Below are positions 52,921 through 63,247 of a DNA stretch of 64,000 nt, piece by piece. This stretch comes from an uncultured Desulfosarcina sp. (lineage in GTDB: Bacteria; Desulfobacterota; Desulfobacteria; Desulfobacterales; Desulfosarcinaceae). Below the pieces are notes generated by a model. It saw only the letters and a list, made by a program, of their open reading frames with translations, was not told the origin of the DNA and made no database searches. A program made the position numbers and the translations under genes. The DNA lies in NCBI GenBank assembly GCA_963674945.2, contig CAXXWQ010000004.1:1408001-1472000 (forward strand), given 5' to 3'. Positions within the stretch are counted from its first letter, which is position 1. Each line of letters starts with the position of its first letter.

Positions 52921-54696
52921 TTGGTTGCCCGAAGCTTTCTTCGCACATGGCTCTTCTTATCAGCCCTTCTGTTAGCATGCATTTTTTCGGTACCGATCTC
53001 CGGGTTTGCCCTGACTAACACCAGTAAGGCGAATAGAGGCGTCGAAATACAACCGCAAATCGCTGAAGGGCGACCGATTCATCTCGTATATATCCATTTG
53101 GTAAAATCCGCAGGCGATCCGGCAGGTGATGAAGCATTGAGAAGACAGGTGGTCGATGCTTTTGGAATTAGCCAAGGCGAACCATTTAGGCAGTTCACTG
53201 CGGAATTCGGCCTGAAAAGGGTAAGACAACTCTCTTCGGTTCAATCGGCAGAATTGAAGCTTTACGAAACGGTACCCAGCGGTCAGGTGGTGGTGGCCAT
53301 ATTGGTTTCACCGGTGGAAGAAACAGCAATCGTTCCCCAAAAAGCCAAGGGTATACTGGCCACCGGCGAAATCCGGGACTTTCCGACGATCTTTGAAAAC
53401 GACAGTTCCAAGTTCGTCTTTATCCTGAACGGGGGGGGCGGCATATTCAGCGACATCGATCCCTGGTTTGGTGGATATGGCGAGGCCTTCAATGGAAGCA
53501 ACCCGACTGCCGAAGATCCCTTAGGATCTGGAACCTCCACATGGATTGAAGGATATATCGAACCCGGGCTCGGCGGAATCTTTCAGATTTCCGATTATCC
53601 CCTGTATCCCTATGGGGCTGTATCCTACCTCATGTCCGGCACTGACGGGCATGATATTTACAACTCCGGCACTTGGGGTTACGGAGACTTCGAGAAGCTG
53701 TATGTAGGATTGATCTGGGACTTGCCGAGCAAAAATTCTTTTTTGGATGTTTCCATTGGCAAGCAGGTCTATCAGCTGAGAGACGGTTTTTTGCTTTCAA
53801 AGATTCCGGTGTCCACGTCGATCGGTGAACGCGCCGCCCTTTACCTCGGACCGCGTCTGACCTCGAAGAACACCATGCTGGTCCGTGCCAAGGCCTTTGG
53901 CGTTGGCCTGGATGCATTCCTCATCGAACCGAGCGAGATCGATGAAATTGCATCAGACACCCAGCTGGCCGGGGTCAATCTGCAGCACCAATTCTCCAAT
54001 ATTGATGCCGCCTTCACTTATTTCTACGTCCCTGAATCAAAATCCATCTACCGGACACCGGACGGCAGTCGACTGCCCCGGGAAGGTCTGCGGACGTTCA
54101 ATCCGAGCCTGTCGGTGACCAAGCTTTTCGGCCTGGACGGAGCGTGGATCAAGGCAGAGTATGCCTATCAGGACCACGAGGACTTTGATATGTTCGCTCA
54201 AGCAGGATATGTCTGGGCCGGATATCAGGTGCAAAATTGGCCGTGGCGGCCGGCACTCAGCTACCGCTGGTCGATGTTTACCGGGGACGATCCAAATACA
54301 CAAACATATGAGCGTTTTGACCCATTGTTTTCTGGCGGGTTGGGTCAATTTTTGCCGGGTATCATTTTTAGCAAAGTTTACAAAAATGCCAATTTGATCA
54401 CGAATCGGGCCACCCTCAGTGTCAAACCGGATGACACCCTGGAGTTGATCCTCGATTATTTCCACCACCGGGCCGATGATTTGAACAACCTGGGTGGCAT
54501 TGGACCGCTTCAGACTCTCGAATCCAAGGACATTGGGCAGGAAGTGACCCTGACCGCATTTCATTATATCGGAAAGCATCTTTTCCTACAGGGAATTGCG
54601 TCTGTGGGTTTTCCCGGAGAGGCAATTGATCTGGCATTGGGTGGCGGTGCAGAAAATTGGTATACGTTCCAAGCCGCACTTTATATGTTTTTCTGA
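52921..54696 (+). CDS. outer-membrane beta-barrel, alginate-export-like
   Basis: signal-like N-terminus, amphipathic strands, FTGDDP...RFDPLF, C-terminal Phe; start uncertain. Confidence 0.75.
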   Translation: MVARSFLRTWLFLSALLLACIFSVPISGFALTNTSKANRGVEIQPQIAEGRPIHLVYIHLVKSAGDPAGDEALRRQVVDAFGISQGEPFRQFTAEFGLKRVRQLSSVQSAELKLYETVPSGQVVVAILVSPVEETAIVPQKAKGILATGEIRDFPTIFENDSSKFVFILNGGGGIFSDIDPWFGGYGEAFNGSNPTAEDPLGSGTSTWIEGYIEPGLGGIFQISDYPLYPYGAVSYLMSGTDGHDIYNSGTWGYGDFEKLYVGLIWDLPSKNSFLDVSIGKQVYQLRDGFLLSKIPVSTSIGERAALYLGPRLTSKNTMLVRAKAFGVGLDAFLIEPSEIDEIASDTQLAGVNLQHQFSNIDAAFTYFYVPESKSIYRTPDGSRLPREGLRTFNPSLSVTKLFGLDGAWIKAEYAYQDHEDFDMFAQAGYVWAGYQVQNWPWRPALSYRWSMFTGDDPNTQTYERFDPLFSGGLGQFLPGIIFSKVYKNANLITNRATLSVKPDDTLELILDYFHHRADDLNNLGGIGPLQTLESKDIGQEVTLTAFHYIGKHLFLQGIASVGFPGEAIDLALGGGAENWYTFQAALYMFF

Positions 54697-54872
54697 TTGT
54701 CGGAACAGTTGCAATTAAGAATTGCTTACCGATTTGCGTTGATCGCGCCAAGATAGATCTTTCTCGCGATCATTCGGCATTACCCCATCGCAACTCGGCA
54801 ATTTCGTCGACATAACCGTCACCGTGGTTTTGTTATTGATCGTTCGGCGCTGCCTGAACAATAGCGATTTTT

Positions 54873-56432
54873 GTAGTTGTTCAGAGGTGTGAACTAGTCA
54901 TTCACAGCAATCCAGCTAAAATCCGGGGAATGTTCTTTGAAATAGGAATCCATGGCGTTTACTAATATGGGAAAAACCGGTACGCCTTGCATTCGACAGG
55001 TTTGTTTTAACGAAAGGATTCGTTCGACCCATCGGTTTCCTTTGTCACTTTGTGTCCCATAACTGCGCTTTCTCAATAAGACAGCAAATCGTAATGCACG
55101 CTCGGAACGGTTATTGGTTGGCTCGACACCATCATTCTCAAGAAACACCCAGAGCGATTCAAGTTGGCTGCCAATTGAGCGTGTGAGTTTACCGGCTTCA
55201 TTGTCTGCACTTTCATGGAGAATTAACAATAAAAGCAGCCGTGAGTAGAAATCGGTCCATTGCTTTTCGTCCGGAGGCTCTTTCGCCCATTTGCATAAAA
55301 GACGAAGCTCTTTCGAAATTGATTCGCCGAACTGCTTGATCGCATCGTCTTTTCGTTCGGCCAGACCTTTGGCTTTTCGAATCAGATGGGCCAAGCATGC
55401 CTGGTGTTTATTAACCCATTTGACATAGACGCCGTAATGGTCGCTGATCAAAATTCCTTTCCAATCCTCGATCAATTGAAAAAATGCCTCTTTGTTTCGA
55501 TTGTGGTGGATCATGAAAAAGGCAACGACCGAATTTACCATTGTCCAAAGCCAATGTAATTTTCCGGATTTGAACCAGGAAGTCTCATCGATTCTATTTA
55601 CCTCTTGTCGGCGGGCTTGATTTCCGATCTCGTTATAAATGGGTTCGATGGTATTGGACATCCGATCGATCACACGCTGGATTCCGCCGGTTGAGATCGA
55701 AAGACCCAGAACAGAATGGCAAACATCTTTTACGGTTTGGCGACTTGCACCATGCGATCCGGAAAGCTCACAGATTACCGATGATAGCCGGGGGCCGTAG
55801 CCACTGGCGAATTCTCTGGGCACAGCGGCTTTAACTGTTTTCCCACAACAAGCGCAGGTGCCCTTGTGAAGAATCAAGTGCATGACATCGAGTTCTATTT
55901 GGGGCAATTCAACATGCTGATGCGTGTAAAAAGGGGTCACGCTGCCCGGCTCCCAACTCGAATGTCCGCATGAACATGTATTAGGGAAAATATTCTCTGT
56001 TTGGTTCGGTTCCAGCATCTGCTGCCGGTGGCCTTTATGGCCCTTTTGGGCACCACGTTTTCTTTTGCTCTTTTTCTTATCTCTTTTGGGTCTTTTGAAA
56101 GGGCTGTCCGACGACGGCGGTTTACTGGAATTTTGTGAGTTCATTTTAGACTGAGCTTCAAGTATTTCAGTTCGCTTTTCAAGCTCGTCCTGTCTTTTGA
56201 TCAACTGTTTGATGAGATCCTCAAGCTGGACAATATAGGCCTTTACAGGCTCCGGGGTATTGTTCCAATCCTCATCAGAAAATGGTCTTTTAACTTCCAT
56301 AAAAGGAAGCATAACATAGACAAAATAAATAATCTAGATTTATTTTAAATAATTTCAGTTAGTTATGAATGCACCGTAATTCTTTATAATTACAGCCTGT
56401 TATGAATGGGCTGAAACCCCCTGAATGGGTAC
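54873..56432 (-). mobile_element. IS66-family element (single-ORF type)
   Basis: ends GTAGTTGTTCAGAGG / GTACCCATTCAGGGG; no direct target duplication seen. Confidence 0.75.
54894..56312 (-). CDS. IS66 family transposase
   Basis: NSSKPPSSD, GHKG, IDETSW, LISD, QACLAHLIR, PTNNRSERALR. Confidence 0.93.
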   Translation of the reverse strand: MLPFMEVKRPFSDEDWNNTPEPVKAYIVQLEDLIKQLIKRQDELEKRTEILEAQSKMNSQNSSKPPSSDSPFKRPKRDKKKSKRKRGAQKGHKGHRQQMLEPNQTENIFPNTCSCGHSSWEPGSVTPFYTHQHVELPQIELDVMHLILHKGTCACCGKTVKAAVPREFASGYGPRLSSVICELSGSHGASRQTVKDVCHSVLGLSISTGGIQRVIDRMSNTIEPIYNEIGNQARRQEVNRIDETSWFKSGKLHWLWTMVNSVVAFFMIHHNRNKEAFFQLIEDWKGILISDHYGVYVKWVNKHQACLAHLIRKAKGLAERKDDAIKQFGESISKELRLLCKWAKEPPDEKQWTDFYSRLLLLLILHESADNEAGKLTRSIGSQLESLWVFLENDGVEPTNNRSERALRFAVLLRKRSYGTQSDKGNRWVERILSLKQTCRMQGVPVFPILVNAMDSYFKEHSPDFSWIAVND

Positions 56433-56607
56433 CAAAAATCATATCTTCAATTGGCCCGGACTCCAGATACAAAGTTGATAATCACATGTTTACCATGGGT
56501 TTGATAGGTACAGGATACATGCATGCCACAGGTGCCAGTAAAACCTGTGATAACAACTTACAACGGCCACCCGGACCTTTATTAAATTAAATGTTCGGTA
56601 GCTACGG

Positions 56608-56719
56608 GGAGTGCGTTGCCAACTTAGAAGGGCCCAATCAAATTAAGTTTGACCATGTCAAGCTATTTCAGGAAAGACTTTTCGCAATTTTCAGCACAGA
56701 CGTATGTCAACGCGCTTCA
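56608..56719 (-). repeat. right arm of 112-bp inverted repeat bounding the island
   Basis: reverse complement matches 41924-42035 at 88/112. Confidence 0.85.
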
Positions 56720-56730
56720 TATACATAAAC

Positions 56731-56756
56731 AACGCCGGGCAAAAGCCCGGCGTTTT
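56731..56756. terminator. intrinsic terminator downstream of dnaK
   Basis: AACGCCGGGC-aaaa-GCCCGGCGTT hairpin with T tract. Confidence 0.75.
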
Positions 56757-56791
56757 CTTCGGTTCCTTGTCGATGTGACTTCTTATTGCCG

Positions 56792-58711
56792 TTAGGCCAC
56801 TTCCTCAAAGTCTGCATCCACAACATCTTCATCGTTGGCTGGATTGGCTCTCGCATTTCCGCCCGTTCCTTGTCCTGCCTGGCGACCACCACCATTGGAC
56901 CCACCAGCCGCCTGTTGATACATGGACTCGGACATCTTGTGGGAAACCCTGGTGAGCACCTCGGTAAGCTGCTTGATCCGCTGGACATCGTCTCCCTTTA
57001 TCGCCTGCTTGAGATTGGAAACAGCATCATCGATCTCCATGCGAACGGTGCCGTCAACGTTTGCCCCCATCTCCCCAAGACTCTTTTCCGTGGTGTAGAT
57101 CAAGGCATCGGCATTGTTTTTCGCCTCCACCAGTTCCCGTTTTCGGCCGTCGGCCGCAGCGTGCATCTCTCCGTCCTTAATCAGCCGATCGATCTCTTCC
57201 TTGCTCAACCCCGAGGATGAGGTGATGCGAATGCTCTGGGCCTTTCCCGTTGCCTGGTCTCTGGCGGACACTTCGACGATGCCGTTGGCATCGATGTCGA
57301 AGGTCACCTCGATCTGGGGCACACCCCGGGGCGCCGGTGCGATACCGGTAAGTTCGAATCGGCCCAGCGTCTTGTTGTCCGCGGCCATTTCCCGCTCTCC
57401 CTGAAGCACATGAACGGTCACGGCCGGCTGGTTGTCCTCTGCCGTCGAGAAAATCTGACTCTGGCGGGCGGGAATGGTAGTGTTTTTCTCGATCAATTTG
57501 GTCATCACCCCGCCCAGGGTCTCGATGCCCAGGGTCAACGGGGTCACGTCCAGAAGCAGCACATCGCTTACATCACCGTCCAACACCGCGCCTTGAATGG
57601 CTGCGCCCATGGCCACCACTTCGTCGGGATTGACGCCCTTGCTGGGTTCTTTCCCGAATATCTGCTGTACCCGCTTTTGCACTGCCGGCATCCGGGTCAT
57701 TCCGCCGACGAGGATCACTTCGTCGATGTCGCCGCCGGAGTAACCGGCATCCTTTAGGGCGGTCTTGCAGGGCCCCTCCAGGCGCTCCAGCAGATCTTCC
57801 ACCAGGGACTCGAGTTTGGCACGTGTCAACTTAAGGTTCAGGTGTTTGGGACCGCCGGCATCGGCGGTGATAAAAGGCAGGTTGACATCGGTTTCCATGG
57901 CACTGGAAAGCTCCATTTTCGCCTTCTCCGCCGCCTCTTTTAGGCGCTGCAACGCCATCTTGTCGCCCCTCAAATCGATTCCCTGCTCCCGCTTGAATTC
58001 GTCTGCCAGATAGTCGATCAGGCGCAGGTCGAAATCCTCGCCACCCAGGTGGGTGTCACCGTTGGTGGCCTTGACCTCGAAGACCCCGTCTCCGATCTCC
58101 AGGATAGAGATATCGAAGGTGCCGCCGCCCAGATCGAATACGGCGATCTTCTCCTCCTTTTTCTTGTCCAAACCGTACGCCAAAGAGGCCGCCGTGGGTT
58201 CGTTGATGATTCGCTTGACGTTTAACCCGGCAATTTTGCCTGCATCTTTGGTGGCCTGCCGCTGGCTGTCGTTGAAGTACGCCGGTACGGTGATCACCGC
58301 ATCGGTGACCGTCTCTCCCAGGTACGCCTCCGCCGACTTTTTCAGATCCGCGAGGATAAATGACGAAATCTGCGCCGGACTGTACTGCTTGCCGTCCAGG
58401 GTGATGGCCGCATCGCCGTTTGATGCCTGGGTTACGGCATAGGGAAGGTTCTTTCGGTCCTTGGCCACTTCGGCGGCATCGAATTTTCGACCGATCAATC
58501 GCTTTACGCCGAAGACGGTCTTCTCCGGATTGGTGACCGCCTGTCGTTTGGCGACCTGGCCGACCAGCCGTTCACCGCCGCTTGAAATGGCCACCATGGA
58601 CGGGGTGGTTCGCCCACCATCCAGGTTTGTGATCACCTTGGCATCGCCGCTTTCCATGACGGCCACGCAAGAGTTGGTTGTTCCGAGATCGATTCCGATG
58701 GTTTTGCTCAT
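56792..58711 (-). CDS. dnaK: molecular chaperone DnaK
   Basis: [34 protein letters not shown]. Confidence 0.97.
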   Translation of the reverse strand: MSKTIGIDLGTTNSCVAVMESGDAKVITNLDGGRTTPSMVAISSGGERLVGQVAKRQAVTNPEKTVFGVKRLIGRKFDAAEVAKDRKNLPYAVTQASNGDAAITLDGKQYSPAQISSFILADLKKSAEAYLGETVTDAVITVPAYFNDSQRQATKDAGKIAGLNVKRIINEPTAASLAYGLDKKKEEKIAVFDLGGGTFDISILEIGDGVFEVKATNGDTHLGGEDFDLRLIDYLADEFKREQGIDLRGDKMALQRLKEAAEKAKMELSSAMETDVNLPFITADAGGPKHLNLKLTRAKLESLVEDLLERLEGPCKTALKDAGYSGGDIDEVILVGGMTRMPAVQKRVQQIFGKEPSKGVNPDEVVAMGAAIQGAVLDGDVSDVLLLDVTPLTLGIETLGGVMTKLIEKNTTIPARQSQIFSTAEDNQPAVTVHVLQGEREMAADNKTLGRFELTGIAPAPRGVPQIEVTFDIDANGIVEVSARDQATGKAQSIRITSSSGLSKEEIDRLIKDGEMHAAADGRKRELVEAKNNADALIYTTEKSLGEMGANVDGTVRMEIDDAVSNLKQAIKGDDVQRIKQLTEVLTRVSHKMSESMYQQAAGGSNGGGRQAGQGTGGNARANPANDEDVVDADFEEVA

Positions 58712-58795
58712 TTTCTGTTCCTCCTGATAGTGAGGGCCAATGATGTCCCCGTGCGTTTTTTGTATGAGCAAACCATAAATCAAATATAGTCAATG

Positions 58796-58996
58796 TCAAT
58801 TTTTTAACATTACTTTTTTTATTTTTTTATTGCGGTAATTCATCGAGCCGGCTGATTTCCAGATCATACAGGCCGTCCGATGCGTAAAGCACAATTTGGG
58901 GCACCGGGAACGGCCGCACCCTTCGCAGAAGCGAAGAGTGTATTTCCTGCAGATCATAACGGCAACACGACCGGGATGATTGACACAGGTTTCCAT
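58796..58996 (-). CDS. small Cys-rich (B-box-like) protein, possibly degenerate
   Basis: CVNHP...ICRKY...FCEGC...C...C. Confidence 0.4.
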   Translation of the reverse strand: METCVNHPGRVAVMICRKYTLRFCEGCGRSRCPKLCFTHRTACMIWKSAGSMNYRNKKIKKVMLKN

Positions 58997-59156
58997 TGTG
59001 TATATTGCAACCCGTTTTATTGTGGTATAGACGGTAAGATAGATGCCGGCCCATCGTCGAGACTGTCATGTTCAGAAACAACATCGATCCCAAACGAATC
59101 CTTTGGCGGCGATTGTCACCCCAATTTTCGGTAAACGCTATGAGATTACGATTCAT

Positions 59157-60383
59157 ATGAAAGAATTTTTCAATGTTGAAACCATCGATGCCGTTCTATC
59201 CCACGTCTCTTCCTTTCAGCCGGTGGAAACGGAGGCGATTTCACTGTCAGAATGTCTGGGCCGGGTAATTGCGAAAGATATTTACGCCGACGTCGACATT
59301 CCCGATTTTGATCGGTCCACCGTAGACGGATACGCCGTCGCCGCCGCATCCACCTTTGGCGCATCCGAGGCGAACCCGGCCTATCTGGATGTGTGCGGGC
59401 AGATCCCAATGGGGGTTCAGCCCGACTTCACCGTAGGTCCGGGCCAGGCGGCGCGAATCGCCACCGGTGGAATGATGCCCCGTGGAGCGGACAGCGTCGT
59501 CATGGTGGAACATATCGATGCATTGGACGACACGACCATCGAGGTGTACCGAAGCGTCGCTCCGGGACAGCATGTCATCGAAAAAGGGGAGGATATCCAA
59601 CACACGCAACCGGCCCTGTCTGTCGGAACGCAGATCCGCCCCCAGGAGGCAGGTCTTCTGGCCGCCTGCGGATGTACGGACCTTACGGTATTCCGGCGCC
59701 CCATGGTGGGCATTATCTCCACCGGAGACGAAGTGGTTCCGGTGGATCGGGTTCCCGCTATCGGGCAGATTCGGGATGTCAACACCCAAACCCTTTCCGG
59801 ACAGGTACTGGCGGCCGGCTGCGTGCCCGTCTCCTTGGGCATCGTCAAGGACAATCGCGACGATCTTCTCGAAAAATACCGCAGTGCGTTATCGTTAACC
59901 GACATGGTTTTGATTTCCGGCGGCAGTTCGGTGGGCACCCGGGACTTCACCGTGGAGGTGCTCGGCGACCTGCCGGACACGCAAATTCTGGTGCACGGTA
60001 TCTCCATCCGTCCTGGCAAACCCACCATACTGGCCCGCTGTGGCGGTAAAGCCTTTTGGGGGCTGCCCGGCCATGCCGCTTCGGCAATGGTCGTTTTCGC
60101 CGTCGTGGTTCGACCATTTCTGGATCGAATCTGCGGACGAACGGCTACCAACAATTCATTTTTTCTCCAGGCCACCTTGAGCCGGAATCTGGCCTCGGCA
60201 CTGGGACGGGTGGACTATGTGCGCGTGAAACTGAACGAGATCGACGGCGGTCTGGTTGCCGAACCGATTCTGGGAAAATCGGGATTGATCAACACCATGG
60301 TCCGGGCCGACGGCCTGGTGGCCATCGACATGAACACCGAAGGATTGGAGCAGGGTGCTAAAGTACATGTAATACCGATTTAA
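59157..60383 (+). CDS. moeA: molybdopterin metal insertase MoeA
   Basis: RSTVDGYA, IATGG, STGDE, SGGSS, PGKP, GLPG. Confidence 0.92.
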   Translation: MKEFFNVETIDAVLSHVSSFQPVETEAISLSECLGRVIAKDIYADVDIPDFDRSTVDGYAVAAASTFGASEANPAYLDVCGQIPMGVQPDFTVGPGQAARIATGGMMPRGADSVVMVEHIDALDDTTIEVYRSVAPGQHVIEKGEDIQHTQPALSVGTQIRPQEAGLLAACGCTDLTVFRRPMVGIISTGDEVVPVDRVPAIGQIRDVNTQTLSGQVLAAGCVPVSLGIVKDNRDDLLEKYRSALSLTDMVLISGGSSVGTRDFTVEVLGDLPDTQILVHGISIRPGKPTILARCGGKAFWGLPGHAASAMVVFAVVVRPFLDRICGRTATNNSFFLQATLSRNLASALGRVDYVRVKLNEIDGGLVAEPILGKSGLINTMVRADGLVAIDMNTEGLEQGAKVHVIPI

Positions 60384-60391
60384 ATCACTGA

Positions 60392-60729
60392 TCACCCAGC
60401 AGAGCTGGGAATTTGGTGAAGACCCCTTGAAAGGGGCTAAAATCCAGACCACTGAACGTCGAACATCGAACGTCCAACTTCGAACTTTGAATAAGGCATT
60501 CTGTCAATTTTGATCGCCATTCAACATTACTTCACAAACGGAAACAAATGACTATTCATTTCTTTTTTCAAACGATGGAGCGAAGCGATCTTTGCATTCG
60601 ACGTTGGACGTTCGATGTTCAATGTTCGATGTTCAAAAAAGCTTCTTCCGATTGAATGTCTCGCCAAACCGGTCCGAACCTCTTCGGATCGCTTGGGCAT
60701 AGCCCGAGGTTTGATTAACTGCAATTATC
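60392..60729. mobile_element. IS200/IS605-like miniature element with heptamer palindrome, copy 2
   Basis: homologous to 17367-17689; hairpins CCCAGC-aga-GCTGGG and CTTGGGC-ata-GCCCGAG near the ends. Confidence 0.6.
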
Positions 60730-60746
60730 GACACCGGGAGAAACGA

Positions 60747-62678
60747 TTGACAACCAAAAGAAATATCTACCTGAAGATGAAATCCCTGGAAGAAGCGAAA
60801 CGCATTCTCTTCTCCCATTTTTCCCATACGGGCACCATGGCCGCAGAAACGGTATCCCCACCCGATGCCGTGGGCCGGGTGCTGGCCCAGCCGGTCACCG
60901 CCGCCGTCTCTTCCCCCAATTTCTTCGCCGCCGCAATGGACGGTGTCGCCGTCAAGGCAAAGGATACCTTCGGGGCGAACGAGGCCCGTCCCAAGGAGCT
61001 GATGGTGGGCCCCCAGGCCCATTTTATCAATACCGGCCATGTCATGCCCGACGGCACCGATGCGGTGATCATGATCGAAAACATCATTACGGTGGATGAC
61101 CATCGCATTCGCATCGAAGCGCCAGCCTTTCCCTGGCAGCATGTACGCAAAATGGGAGAGGATATCGTGGCCACGGAGCTGCTCTATCCCAGGGGACACA
61201 CGGTCACCGCCTATTGCGTGGGTGCGTTGATCGCCGGCGGCGTCTACCGGGTGCCGGTAAGAAGAAAGCCGCGGGTACTGATCATTCCCACAGGGTCGGA
61301 GCTGGTGGACTGGCGGTATACAGCACCAAAGGATTTGGCGCCGGGTCAGGTGCTGGAGACCAACTCCTATGTGCTGGAAAAGATGATCGATGCATCCGGC
61401 GGGCAGGCGATTCGTCACGACCGGGTCATGGACGACGCCGATGCGATCCGTCAGACCGTGGCGGACGCCGTTGCAGAAGATGTAGACATCGTCATGACCA
61501 TCGGCGGCTCTTCTGCCGGTTCCAAGGACTACGCCCTGCCCACGCTTCAGGATCTGGGAGAGCTGCTCGTCCACGGGGTGACCATCATGCCCGGAAAGCC
61601 CTTGATGTTCGGCGACATTCAGGGAAAGCCCTTTTTCGGCATCCCCGGCTATCCGGTATCGGCCATCATCGCCTTCGAGCAATTCGTGAGGCCGCTCATC
61701 AAACGCATGATCGGTGCCGCCGATGCACCGCGACAGACCGTGGCCGTTGTGCCCACCCGTAAAATCGCCTCCAAACTGGGAATGGAAGAATTCATCCGGG
61801 TCAAATTGGGCCAGGTGGACGACAGGATCGTGGCCACGCCCCTGCCCCGCGGTGCCGGCATGATCACCAGCATCACGGAGGCCGACGGTATGATTCGCAT
61901 CCCCAATGCGGCAGAGGGCATCAAGGATAGCGACGCGGTCCGGGCCGAACTGCTCAAACCGTTGTCCGCCATACAAAACACCATCGTCATCGTGGGAAGC
62001 CACGACAACACCCTGGACGTGCTGGCGGATCAGCTGCGGGCCGGAGATCGAAGGTTGACCCTATCCTCCAGCCACGTTGGCAGTATGGGCGGACTCATGG
62101 CCGTCAAGCGCGGCGTCTGCCACCTGGCAGGTGCCCATCTGCTGGATACCCGGACCGGCGAATACAACCATCCCTACATCCGGCGATACCTGCCGGACAC
62201 ACCGGTGAAACGGGTGAACCTGGTCATGCGCGACCAGGGCCTCATGGTCCAAAAGGGCAACCCCAAGGGTATCCGGGGAATCGAGGATCTCGTCAGGGAG
62301 GATATCGTCTTCATCAACCGTCAGGGAGGATCGGGCACCCGCATCCTTCTGGATTACCGTCTGGCACAGCTGGACCTTTCGGCCGATGCCATCAATGGAT
62401 ACGCCACCGAGGAGTTCACCCACATGAACGTGGCCGTGGGCGTACTAAGCGGTGCGGCGGACGCCGGCCTGGGCATCTATGCCGCGGCAAGGGCCCTGGA
62501 TCTGGATTTCATCCCCGTGGTCACCGAACAATACGACCTGATCATCCCGGCCCGGTATTTCGACGCGCCCAACATCCAGGTCCTCTTGGAGACCATCGTC
62601 ACGCCGGAATTCAAGGCCCGGGTTTCGGCCCTGGGGGGCTATGGAACGGACAAGACGGGCACGGTGTTTTCCCAGTAA
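60747..62678 (+). CDS. moeA: MoeA paralogue fused to a periplasmic-binding-protein-like domain
   Basis: AMDGVA, PGKP, PGYPVS, then GSHD...GSMGGL...NRQGGSGTR; TTG start after ggag. Confidence 0.9.
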   Translation: MTTKRNIYLKMKSLEEAKRILFSHFSHTGTMAAETVSPPDAVGRVLAQPVTAAVSSPNFFAAAMDGVAVKAKDTFGANEARPKELMVGPQAHFINTGHVMPDGTDAVIMIENIITVDDHRIRIEAPAFPWQHVRKMGEDIVATELLYPRGHTVTAYCVGALIAGGVYRVPVRRKPRVLIIPTGSELVDWRYTAPKDLAPGQVLETNSYVLEKMIDASGGQAIRHDRVMDDADAIRQTVADAVAEDVDIVMTIGGSSAGSKDYALPTLQDLGELLVHGVTIMPGKPLMFGDIQGKPFFGIPGYPVSAIIAFEQFVRPLIKRMIGAADAPRQTVAVVPTRKIASKLGMEEFIRVKLGQVDDRIVATPLPRGAGMITSITEADGMIRIPNAAEGIKDSDAVRAELLKPLSAIQNTIVIVGSHDNTLDVLADQLRAGDRRLTLSSSHVGSMGGLMAVKRGVCHLAGAHLLDTRTGEYNHPYIRRYLPDTPVKRVNLVMRDQGLMVQKGNPKGIRGIEDLVREDIVFINRQGGSGTRILLDYRLAQLDLSADAINGYATEEFTHMNVAVGVLSGAADAGLGIYAAARALDLDFIPVVTEQYDLIIPARYFDAPNIQVLLETIVTPEFKARVSALGGYGTDKTGTVFSQ

Positions 62679-62682
62679 GGAC

Positions 62683-63105
62683 ATGACCGTTCGAGAAACA
62701 TATTCGCTTTTGGATCACACTGCCGATCTGAAAATCCGCGTTTTCGGAAAGGATCTTGCCGGTCTATTCGAAAACGCCGGCCTGGCCCTGTTCGACCTGA
62801 TGATCGAAACGGACAGTCTCGCCACCGATGAGCGTACGATCCGCGTCTCCGGTGACGATCCAGCGGATCTTCTCGTCAACTTCCTGCGAGAACTGCTTTT
62901 TTTGTGGACCGGCGAAGAGAAAGTGGTCACCATGATCATCGTCACGACCCTTTCCGAAGCCGCCGTCGTCGCCCGTGTCACCATCGATCCATACTCGCCG
63001 GAGCGCCATCACGTGATCAGGGAAATCAAGGCCGTCACCTACCATCAAATCGAGGTGCGCCCCACGAAAAAAGGGTGGCAGGCTACGGTGGTGTTGGACA
63101 TCTGA
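62683..63105 (+). CDS. archease
   Basis: LDHTAD, EIKAVTYH, C-terminal LDI. Confidence 0.92.
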   Translation: MTVRETYSLLDHTADLKIRVFGKDLAGLFENAGLALFDLMIETDSLATDERTIRVSGDDPADLLVNFLRELLFLWTGEEKVVTMIIVTTLSEAAVVARVTIDPYSPERHHVIREIKAVTYHQIEVRPTKKGWQATVVLDI

Positions 63106-63112
63106 TATCATG

Positions 63113-63198
63113 ACGGCTTCGCAAAAAGCCCGATATCTGCGTTACGCTATATCCCTCGGGACTCGCAATCCTTGATTTCGGACTCTTTACGAAGCCGT
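63113..63198. repeat. short palindromic MITE-like element
   Basis: 25-bp arms ACGGCTTCGCAAAAAGCCCGATATC / GATTTCGGACTCTTTACGAAGCCGT, 21/25 complementary. Confidence 0.7.
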
Positions 63199-63247
63199 AC
63201 GGAATCAGACGTTTAAGAGTTTATTATATCATCGGGGAGGAGAAACC

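Noticed and set aside
56611..56620. Group II intron 5' end (GTGCG)
   Set aside because: No domain V/VI structure or reverse transcriptase seen
60633..62003. Long antisense ORFs (also 36-926, 2066-3052, 9479-10474, 19190-20107)
   Set aside because: Shadows of well-supported genes on the opposite strand with no motifs of their own
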